47,946 bases of DNA. Source: a virus. Lineage: Duplodnaviria; Caudoviricetes. The stretch covers positions 1 through 47,946 of IMG/VR virus record IMGVR_UViG_3300037424_001312. The stretch is one strand, 5' to 3'. Below, piece by piece: positions 33,252-40,629 of this stretch; the first letter of the stretch is position 1, and each line of letters starts with the position of its first letter. A program made the translations under genes and the position numbers. The notes beneath the pieces are model-generated. The model saw only the letters and a program-made list of their open reading frames with translations. It made no database searches and was not told the origin of the DNA.

Positions 33252-35837
33252 TTACTTCCCCTTGGGGTTCCTGGCGCTGATGGCGTGCCCGTCCTGGCTC
33301 AGGACCTGGCCGGCGCGGGCCTCGATCCAGCCTTCCCTGGCGCCCTGCTCGTTGACATGGGTTACCTTGATGCGCCCCACCCTGGAACTGGCATTGGGAT
33401 TCGGGTCGATCTTAGTGCCGACCGGAAGCTGGAGGTGGTGGTGGACAGCCGGTGGCCTCGAAGGCACCAAGCTAGCCTTGTCGAGGCCCTGCGCTGGAAC
33501 GAATGCCCGGGTTTTGGTATCCCAACGCTTCAGATGTCTTGGGTCTCCCGTCACGAGAAAGGAAGTTGCCCCATCTTCATTAGATTCCACCGCGCCACCT
33601 GTAGGATCCCAAGAGGCAGGATCCTCCGCTCCCTCTACTGCACGATCGGCCTTGTGTTGATTGTATCTAAAGGAAGGGTTCGTTTTCCTAATGAGATATT
33701 CCTTGGGATCAAAATGCCGGCCATTCACCTTCAGCCAGAAATGCGTATCAGGGTCGAGCCCGGGGTGATCACTTCCGAGAGCCACTCCGGAAACAATACG
33801 CACCCCGTGTCCCATGTTCTTCAAAGCATGCCCAATGTAAGAGCTAGCCAACTGGCAATCTGGAACTTCCCAGCCGTGAGTTTCTCGCCCCACCTTGTCG
33901 TACCAGTCGCCAAATCGATCCGTTACCTGCTTTGCTGCCGCCAAGGGGTCGCTGGTCTTCTGGGCCTTCTCCATGTCGTCCTGCTGAAAAGTTCCCGGCT
34001 CAGCGTACCGGTAATCCTGAGACTCCAGCTCTTTCGTGTCGATACGCTGCCGCTTTGCGGCATCTCTATGAGCCTTCGTGGGCATAACCATCTTTGCTGC
34101 CTGACGGCGGTTGTAGAAGGGGCGGTCGGGATGGTGATGGTTGACAAACCCCTCCTCCCATTCAGAAGGATTCATCCAGTCTTCCCCAAAATCCACCTGG
34201 TTCGAAAGATCATCAAAGTTGTGGATCCCAGGAGTGACATACACGTTGCCCGTGACGATGTGCCTGAAGGCCGGTACCATGGAGTGTTTATCAGCCTTCT
34301 CGATGGTTTCCAGCTTCTTGTAATAGTCCGGATCCTCGGTGAGGTGGTCCATGGCAATCTCCTGCGCCAGGGCCTTGTTGTCGGTGTGCTCCAGCTCGTA
34401 GAGGGTGCCTTCAGCCAGGGCCTCGGGGGCGAAGTCCTCGGGCTTCTTCTTGTCGGCTTTGCCGCCGGGGAGCTTGTCCCGGTGCTCGTCCTTGTCGAGT
34501 TCCTCGGGACCACCACCACAGAGCAGGCAGACGTCGCCAGTAGTCTCCGTACCCCAGCAGTGCCCGAAGGCATCGCAGTCGTGCCAGTCCATTTCGGACT
34601 TTTCGGACTTCTTGACCTTCTCCTCCTTGCCCTCGTCTTCCTCGGGAGGCAGAGGCACTTCAATCCGGGCATCGGGGTTCGAGCGGTCACCCAGCTCCTT
34701 GGCCGTGGCGTGACCGGGGTCGCCATTCATCTGCTTGGCCATGGCGATGACCACCTGGGTCAGGCCTATGATGGCCTTGTAGGTATCCGGGGCACTGTCC
34801 TTGATCTGCTCCAGGACGGGTGCCTGTGCCTTGAGGCCCTGGAGAATCTGCACCAACTGCATTTTGACCTGCTCGGGACCCGAGCCCGGCTTCTGAGCTT
34901 GGTCATCTGCGTGCTGGGCAAACTGGGACTCCAGGTCGACACCATCGCCGGCAGCCGTGGTCTCTGGGGCCCCGGGGTTCTCGGTGTCCATGAGCCGACC
35001 CATGGTCTCACCCTGGCTGTGCTCACTGCCCTCGACGTCACGCTTCATGGTGGCGCCACCGGTCGGCTGCGAGGCCCCCTGGAAGCCGGCGTCTTGACCC
35101 TGGTTCATGGGCGGCGCGGCCTTGGTTAGAGGCGGCTCCGGGAGGTCCAGGTGTTCGGCATGCAGGCTATGGGCCTGGTCGTCATTCCATCTTGCGTCTA
35201 CAGCATCGGCAGCCTGGTCACGGGTATAAAACTTCCCATCGTGACCCACATAGCCTTCCTGCTTGACCTTGAAGCCGGCCGGCAGTCGCCCATAGTCGTG
35301 GATGGGGCCCGAGCCCACGATAGACCCGTCCTCGCCCAAGAATCCGGCCTCACGGACAACCCCTCTCTTGTAGCTCGCCGGTTTATCAATGTTCTTGTTC
35401 AGGTACTCCTCACTGAGCTTCTCGGCCTCGGTCCGGTTCTCGATCTTCTCGGTCGCGGCCTTGATTTCAGGCTCCAGCTCGGGGCTGTAGAGGATGATGC
35501 GGTTGCCACCCCGAAACTTGGCCACCAGAAGGGCCCGGTCGGCCTCACTGAGCTTGGTGCCGACGCCGATACTGACCGTCGACCCCACCGCGGAGGCATA
35601 CTGGTCCCGGACGGCCGGCAACTCCGGCAGCTTGGCCGGGAGAATCTCCGCACTGCCTTCATCTCCGCCTGTCTCGATCATGGATCCGCCGTTGTTATTG
35701 ACCCAGGCTTCCATGACCCGGTTCCCGGAGTCAATAGCCTGTCCAATTCTGCGGACTTCCGCGATCTCGTCCGCTTGACGGGCACGCCCGACCATACGGC
35801 CGATGTGGTCTCCGTCCCAGGTGATGATGACCTTCAT
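33252..35837 (-). CDS. Large modular late protein (861 aa): N-terminal mCpol (minimal CRISPR polymerase), two related GF/GY..F..R.QA modules, DUF5661-like module, transglutaminase/papain-like module
   Basis: WDGDHIGR...GGDEG...TVSIGVG..LSEADRALLVAKFRGGNRI; LPGGKAD...ELEHT...AQEIAMDHLTEDPDYY; DCQLAS...HFWL..NG..FDP. CAATCTT 6 nt before ATG. Confidence 0.8.
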   Translation of the reverse strand: MKVIITWDGDHIGRMVGRARQADEIAEVRRIGQAIDSGNRVMEAWVNNNGGSMIETGGDEGSAEILPAKLPELPAVRDQYASAVGSTVSIGVGTKLSEADRALLVAKFRGGNRIILYSPELEPEIKAATEKIENRTEAEKLSEEYLNKNIDKPASYKRGVVREAGFLGEDGSIVGSGPIHDYGRLPAGFKVKQEGYVGHDGKFYTRDQAADAVDARWNDDQAHSLHAEHLDLPEPPLTKAAPPMNQGQDAGFQGASQPTGGATMKRDVEGSEHSQGETMGRLMDTENPGAPETTAAGDGVDLESQFAQHADDQAQKPGSGPEQVKMQLVQILQGLKAQAPVLEQIKDSAPDTYKAIIGLTQVVIAMAKQMNGDPGHATAKELGDRSNPDARIEVPLPPEEDEGKEEKVKKSEKSEMDWHDCDAFGHCWGTETTGDVCLLCGGGPEELDKDEHRDKLPGGKADKKKPEDFAPEALAEGTLYELEHTDNKALAQEIAMDHLTEDPDYYKKLETIEKADKHSMVPAFRHIVTGNVYVTPGIHNFDDLSNQVDFGEDWMNPSEWEEGFVNHHHPDRPFYNRRQAAKMVMPTKAHRDAAKRQRIDTKELESQDYRYAEPGTFQQDDMEKAQKTSDPLAAAKQVTDRFGDWYDKVGRETHGWEVPDCQLASSYIGHALKNMGHGVRIVSGVALGSDHPGLDPDTHFWLKVNGRHFDPKEYLIRKTNPSFRYNQHKADRAVEGAEDPASWDPTGGAVESNEDGATSFLVTGDPRHLKRWDTKTRAFVPAQGLDKASLVPSRPPAVHHHLQLPVGTKIDPNPNASSRVGRIKVTHVNEQGAREGWIEARAGQVLSQDGHAISARNPKGK

Positions 35838-35854
35838 GCACGGAAGATTGCCTC

Positions 35855-35884
35855 TTGACAGCCCGCCTCCAGGGGTGGTACAGG
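35855..35884 (+). promoter_or_regulatory. Sigma70-like early promoter, probably leaderless
   Basis: TTGACA-18 nt (ending TGG)-TACAGG, with ATG 7 nt downstream. Confidence 0.55.
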
Positions 35885-35891
35885 GTCTCCC

Positions 35892-36152
35892 ATGCCCACC
35901 TCAATCCCTCGCGCAACCATGACCCCGGACTTCTTCCGTGACTTCCGCGGGAACGAAGTCTACCACATCACCGGCGGCCGCCGGGCCATTATCCAGGCCC
36001 TCGCCGAGCGCCACCAGGCGCCCCTTGAGGGCCCGAACGTGCCCCGCGACGCCGAGACCGCCCTGGTGAGCTACATCAGCAACACCGAGACCCAGGTCAT
36101 CGCCCTCAACGCCCAGGGCAGACTCACCAACGTCTGGAGAGTGCGCTACTAG
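35892..36152 (+). CDS. Hypothetical early protein
   Basis: 86 aa, GC3-rich codons, own promoter. Confidence 0.65.
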   Translation: MPTSIPRATMTPDFFRDFRGNEVYHITGGRRAIIQALAERHQAPLEGPNVPRDAETALVSYISNTETQVIALNAQGRLTNVWRVRY

Positions 36153-36472
36153 CGGAGCAGGTCGGCAAGCAGGCCCTTCTCGGCCTGCCGGCGGCCGCCG
36201 GCAGCCAGGGCCTCTTCCAGGATGCCAGCGTCCATGCGCTTGAAGTCGGCGCAGCAGCTGGAGCACTGCATCTCCCCGTCGTCTCCGTACAGGGCCTCGC
36301 TGGGGCAGCCATGGCGAAGCCAGAGCAGGTAGCGAATCTTCATGGCACCAGGATCTCCACCGGGGCACTCCTGGGCCATGATAGCCGCAGCAGCGCCAGG
36401 GACCTCGATCTCCCTCTGAGTGAGTTGAAGACCGCAGACGCAGCGAGCAAATAGTCCGAAACTATGCTTCAT
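36149..36472 (-). CDS. Cys-rich hypothetical protein (LYGDDGEMQCSSC..DFKR)
   Basis: ATGA coupling with NADAR. Confidence 0.55.
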   Translation of the reverse strand: MKHSFGLFARCVCGLQLTQREIEVPGAAAAIMAQECPGGDPGAMKIRYLLWLRHGCPSEALYGDDGEMQCSSCCADFKRMDAGILEEALAAGGRRQAEKGLLADLLR

Positions 36473-36921
36473 CGTAGTGCCCCTCTAATCTCCATAATGA
36501 GCCGGCCGAGGACGTTCTCTCCACCCAGACGCCTATCGACTCCCCAAAAGGCGTCACCCCAGGTGTTGCCCTCGATAATCTCCCGGTGGTCGGTGGCCAG
36601 CAGCAGCTCCCGGAACTCGGGCTGCGTGAACTTCTGCACCAGGAGGTCGAACATTACCTGGATACTGCGGTCCCGCCATTCCGGGGCTCGCCTTGCCGCC
36701 GCCCTGCCGGCGTGCTTCGCCTGGAAGGGCGTCGAACACTTCAGGACCCACTGCCTGTAGACCGGGTCATCACACTTCGCGGCCTGGTAGGCATGCTCCA
36801 CAGTCGGGTAGACGATACCGTCCAGCTCCACGGGCGCGGCCAAGAAGTTCGAGAGCCACCGGTACTCACCACTGAAGGACTCGATGGGCGGCCCTCGTTC
36901 AGGACCAAGGAAAAGGCTCAT
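36469..36921 (-). CDS. NADAR family protein (YbiA/T4 gp30.3-like)
   Basis: FSGEYRWLSNF...YPTVEHAYQAAK...KFTQ...LLATD..IIEGNTWGDAFWG...GENVLGRLIMEIR. Confidence 0.92.
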   Translation of the reverse strand: MSLFLGPERGPPIESFSGEYRWLSNFLAAPVELDGIVYPTVEHAYQAAKCDDPVYRQWVLKCSTPFQAKHAGRAAARRAPEWRDRSIQVMFDLLVQKFTQPEFRELLLATDHREIIEGNTWGDAFWGVDRRLGGENVLGRLIMEIRGALR

Positions 36922-37169
36922 TGTCCGTCACACCAATCACTATGGATACCCGAGCCGACCTTGGCGGCGCCACAGGTGCAGCCACTCGATTCCCCCTGCT
37001 CTGGCGTAGGGGTCGTCTCGGCCTCCTGAGCCGAGCAGCCGTCAAAGAGATGGTCGAAGGAATTCATCTGCGCCATAAGACAACTGACGACAGTGAACCG
37101 TCGCCCACAGTAGATGCAGGCAGAAGTAAGGTCAATACATGGACCCAGTTTACACTTCATCGCCGCCAT
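36918..37169 (-). CDS. Cys-rich hypothetical protein (CTCGA...HSDWC)
   Basis: AAGG SD. Overlaps the ligase end and the NADAR start. Confidence 0.55.
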   Translation of the reverse strand: MAAMKCKLGPCIDLTSACIYCGRRFTVVSCLMAQMNSFDHLFDGCSAQEAETTPTPEQGESSGCTCGAAKVGSGIHSDWCDGQ

Positions 37170-38286
37170 CCTTCACGCCGAGAATGGTCATCAGGTGCTT
37201 GAGGTTCATCTTCGCCAGGGACTCCCGGATGCTGGCCACCTTGCCGTCCCGGAAGCTGAAGAGAGCCCCGCTGACCCTGGACTTGACGGCATGGCTGGCG
37301 AACTCCTTCCGGGACCAGGACGGTTGTACAACCACCCCCTGAGGGAGAGCGGCATCGGTCTTGGCCGCCGCGGTGCCGTAGTCTCTCTCCAGTTCAGACA
37401 GGAGTCCATCGAAGGCGGCCTGGATACGGTCGAAGTCCGGCTTCCATTCAGGAAAATGTGTCAACAGCTCCGAGGACTCTCCGGCCCGAATGACCTCCAG
37501 GATCCGCTTCGGGCCGGCTCCCTCGCCACGCATGTGGTGGATAGCCACATAGCCTGGGTGCTTGACCTTGACTCGATTGAAGCCCGCGTCAACCACCACG
37601 TAGCCTTCCTGCTGGAGCGGATTCAGGTACTCGAAGGTGGCTTCGATATCCTTCATGGACTGGAGGCTGAACTCCCGGACAGCCTCCCAGCCCAGATCGT
37701 CGGTGCCCTGCTTCAGCCTGTACTCAAGGCCAGTGACTCGATTCCTGGCCCCGATGAGCTTCAGGTCCGGCTTCGGGTGCCGGACCACAATGCGGTTGTA
37801 GGGGCTCATCAGCTCGAAGAGAAAGGTAACGTCTTGCCGCCACTCGGAAGGAAGGTACCAACCCTTTGCCTCGAAGGTCTTCCAGAAGAGGTCCGCGAAC
37901 GTGAAGCCGTTGTCGTAGCACTGACCACTGGCGTCCGGGGTTCCGCTGCTACCCACCCGCCAGGCCCCGTCGTAGAAGTACATCTGCATCAAGGAGCCGT
38001 CGAGTTTCTCCTGGACCCGGGCCGTCAACCAGTCAATGGCTGCCGCGTGGCCCTCCCCGTAGTTGAAGAACTTGTCGAAGGGCCAGCTGACGATGTCCCA
38101 GGTACCCTTCTCCAGAATGAGGCCCCGGCACTGCTGCACGAGGCGGTCGCCCATCGGGGACGCGACCTGGTCGTACTTCAAGAGAGCAAGCCTGCCGGCC
38201 TCCTTGACCTTGATGCCGTACTTCTCGGTCAACTGCTTCAGGGTGCCGCCGTGGCGGAGGAACTCCTGGGGAAGACAGCAGTTCAC
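37150..38286 (-). CDS. T4 Rnl1-type ATP-dependent RNA ligase
   Basis: LLKY, QCRGLIL, PFDKFFN, motif I EKLDGSL, FLFEL..P.NRIVV, EGYVV, RVKVKHPGY. GTG start at 38286 by GTGA coupling. Confidence 0.88.
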   Translation of the reverse strand: MNCCLPQEFLRHGGTLKQLTEKYGIKVKEAGRLALLKYDQVASPMGDRLVQQCRGLILEKGTWDIVSWPFDKFFNYGEGHAAAIDWLTARVQEKLDGSLMQMYFYDGAWRVGSSGTPDASGQCYDNGFTFADLFWKTFEAKGWYLPSEWRQDVTFLFELMSPYNRIVVRHPKPDLKLIGARNRVTGLEYRLKQGTDDLGWEAVREFSLQSMKDIEATFEYLNPLQQEGYVVVDAGFNRVKVKHPGYVAIHHMRGEGAGPKRILEVIRAGESSELLTHFPEWKPDFDRIQAAFDGLLSELERDYGTAAAKTDAALPQGVVVQPSWSRKEFASHAVKSRVSGALFSFRDGKVASIRESLAKMNLKHLMTILGVKDGGDEV

Positions 38287-38471
38287 GACTTGACCTTCTT
38301 CAGGACCCTGAGGCACTTCGGCCAGGTAACCTTCTTGTGCGCCTTGTTGCAGGCCGTGCAGGCTATGTAGGCTGAACCAAACAGCGGTGCCATGGAAACA
38401 TGATGCCCTTCGTACCCTCCGTTGCAGGCGTTCTTGGCGACCCCCTTCTGAAAACCGTGGACAGTCCCCAT
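38283..38471 (-). CDS. Small Cys-containing protein (MGTVHGFQKG...)
   Basis: TGATG and GTGA coupling on both sides. Confidence 0.5.
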   Translation of the reverse strand: MGTVHGFQKGVAKNACNGGYEGHHVSMAPLFGSAYIACTACNKAHKKVTWPKCLRVLKKVKS

Positions 38472-39157
38472 CACCGAAGCCCCTCCTTGACCCGCGCCCG
38501 GGTCTCGGCGATGCTCAGGGGCTGGATCTCCTCGATGTTGTTCCGGAACATCTCCATGAGGTAGCCGTCGGTGATACCGAAGACGGGCTTCCCGGCCTCC
38601 ATGGCCGTCAGCATTTCCTGGTAGACACCCATCCCGAAGACCCCGGACACGAAAGGAGATCCCGCGACGGCATCGCAGCTCTTCACCAGGTCCCGGAAGT
38701 ACCGGAACCCCTGCTCCTTGTAGGCGCGGACGTGCTCTTCCTCGTTGGGGTTGACGACCTCCAGTGTCCGGCCGCCCAGGAAACCAGCGCCCTCGAAGTA
38801 TTGCCGGATGCCAGCCAGGCAGCGCTCCTCGTACAAGGTGCTGTAGTGGCTGACCGGATGCGCGAAGTACACCCGGAAGGGCCTCAGGGGCCACTGCTTC
38901 AGGTAGAAGTTCTCCAGGGCCTGGAGGTACTCGCCGACCTCACTCTCGTGGGTCTCCATGGCCGGCACGTCGCCGTCCGGGATGCCCATCTCCAGCTCTT
39001 CCTCCAGGGCCATAATCATCTCGACCATAGCCAGGTCGTCCATGCCCAGGTCAACCAGCTTGGTGCCCATGGAGATGGACTCGGGGGACACGCCCGCGTA
39101 GTCGGCGATGATGTCGACGGCAACCTGACGCAACTCAGGAACACTGACCTTCTTCAC
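38471..39157 (-). CDS. Acyl-carrier-protein-like domain (no conserved Ser) fused to a nucleoside deoxyribosyltransferase/DNPH1-like domain
   Basis: LVDLGMDDLAMVEMIMALEEELEMGIPD, compared with ACP LGADSLDTVELVMALEEEF..IPD. Then RVYFAHP...VVNP...DLVKSCDAV...GMGVYQEM..AMEAGKPVF. Confidence 0.75.
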   Translation of the reverse strand: MKKVSVPELRQVAVDIIADYAGVSPESISMGTKLVDLGMDDLAMVEMIMALEEELEMGIPDGDVPAMETHESEVGEYLQALENFYLKQWPLRPFRVYFAHPVSHYSTLYEERCLAGIRQYFEGAGFLGGRTLEVVNPNEEEHVRAYKEQGFRYFRDLVKSCDAVAGSPFVSGVFGMGVYQEMLTAMEAGKPVFGITDGYLMEMFRNNIEEIQPLSIAETRARVKEGLR

Positions 39158-39335
39158 GGCCGACCTCCGTCCTCGGGGTAGAGAATTGCACACCGGCACT
39201 CGCGACCGGTCACGGACATCATGGGGTTAGGGGAGCAGGCACTCCGGCAGCTAGTGGGGTCGGTGCAAGCTGGTCCCATGCAAGAGAGAGAGAGAGAGAC
39301 GCCAGGAGCATCAGAGCTAGGAGCAGTTTTCTCAT
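39154..39335 (-). pseudogene. Small Cys-rich lipoprotein, out of frame at a (CT)8 tract
   Basis: MRKLLLALMLLASLSLS joins CMGPACTDPTSCRSAC...CRCAILYPEDGGRP if the tract is (CT)7. Confidence 0.6.
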
Positions 39336-39362
39336 TATGCATTCCTATAACGGCTGAAAGAG

Positions 39363-40115
39363 TTAGTGCAAGCAGGTCCCCCGCAACAGCTCGAAGAGCT
39401 TCTTTTTGAAGTCACCATAGGTGAGATGGTGGTCGAGCAGTCCCTCTGTCTCGCTCTTACTAAGCGTGTCAGCGGGGAGCTTTGCATCAGCCAGGAAGAC
39501 ATCGAGTAACTCCGAGATGCCCTTCTTGTCGATTCCCATCTCATGGAGGGAGTAGCTAGAAGACACGGTCGCTCCCGGCGGTACAAACCAGCGCTCAACG
39601 ATGTCACGCAAGAAGCCATCCAGCAGGGCCTCCGTGTGGAGCTGAATGGGAGTCTTCTCCGGGGGCTGAATGCCCGCCCGGATCAACATCAGCCTCAAGG
39701 CCTCGTTCTCTTCCTTCAGAGCAAGAGCTTGCCCCTGGGCTCGAAGCAGGGCGCGGTTCTTCTTGTCCTTCGGACGAAGGCGGGGCTGAGGCGGTCCCGG
39801 GCGAATGCTGTAGAGGGATCGCAGCGAGGTCGCTTTCTTGGGCGATGGGACCTCGGTCGTATCGAGAACCCCATCATCGTAAACCAGGTCGCCGATACGG
39901 GAAACGGTCTCGGACCACCACTGGTTTCCCGTGTACGTGGCGTCGACCGGGACTATGCCCATTCTCTTGAGTCTGTCGAAAAGGTCGTGAACAGTATGGG
40001 GGCCAAATTCCTTGAGGACGGACATGATCAGTCCCTTGGTGATGTGGCCTCCGATAACATTCCCCTTCTCGTCCTTTGGAAGGTCCTTGTAGGTTTCAGT
40101 CGATGCCTTGCTCAT
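39363..40115 (-). CDS. wHTH-like N-terminus, coiled coil and degenerate ACP-like C-terminus
   Basis: IMSVLKEFGPHTVHDLFDRL...; C-terminal LRDIVE...SLHEMGIDKKGISELL...TYGDF. Class II motif and AAGGAG SD. Confidence 0.55.
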   Translation of the reverse strand: MSKASTETYKDLPKDEKGNVIGGHITKGLIMSVLKEFGPHTVHDLFDRLKRMGIVPVDATYTGNQWWSETVSRIGDLVYDDGVLDTTEVPSPKKATSLRSLYSIRPGPPQPRLRPKDKKNRALLRAQGQALALKEENEALRLMLIRAGIQPPEKTPIQLHTEALLDGFLRDIVERWFVPPGATVSSSYSLHEMGIDKKGISELLDVFLADAKLPADTLSKSETEGLLDHHLTYGDFKKKLFELLRGTCLH

Positions 40116-40151
40116 GTGCCAGCTCCTTCCCTGGTCCTATAACGTCTAGAG

Positions 40152-40280
40152 GCTGGAGGCCGGGCCACTACCCCCGGCGTCCTCCGGCTGACAAAGCCGG
40201 GCTTCGTGGTGACCCTTTTCCGGTCAGCGGGTCCATGGACCCCTGTGCCGTAGTAGCGGCCGATCTCAAGCTACTCCAAC
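40152..40280 (-). ncRNA. Multi-hairpin structured RNA candidate
   Basis: Closing stems GTTGGAG/CTCCAGC and GGCCGCTAC/GTAGTGGCC. Internal hairpins GGGTCC/GGACCC, TGACC/GGTCA and CCGGC-TTTGTCA-GCCGG. Confidence 0.45.
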
Positions 40281-40356
40281 GCCCCCCGGGCGGATTCGAA
40301 CTGCCGATCTCCGACTTGGTTAGGGTCGGCGCCTTAGACCACTTGGCTACGGGAGC
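40281..40356 (-). tRNA. Atypical or pseudo-tRNA with 9-nt anticodon loop (isotype undetermined)
   Basis: GCTCCCG TA GCC AAGTGGTCTAA GGC G CCGAC CCTAACCAA GTCGG AGATC GGCAG TTCGAAT CCGCC CGGGGGGC. Confidence 0.7.
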
Positions 40357-40629
40357 AACTGCACTGCCATGCGGAATCCGTTGTACATCAGCAACACCAG
40401 GATTGCAAGCCCTAGAAGGCCTACAGGTATGGAGACCAGCACGGCCCAGAAATCAGGCTGTCGACGGAGTCTGGTTCTCCATGTCGGTTCTCGTGCCACC
40501 AGTAAAAGGATTGGGCCTGAGGCTTCGGAAACCCCGCCTGTCGGCCCAGCTCAGGTGCAGGACCGCGGCGAAGACCGTGCCGAAGAAGAATATCAAGGTT
40601 TCCGATATCGGTAATCCGGTCCGCGAGGG

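Noticed and set aside
40311-40330. Expanded-anticodon tRNA acting as suppressor of the observed frameshifts
   Set aside because: Its implied codons (GGUU/GGUUA) do not occur at the frameshift sites.
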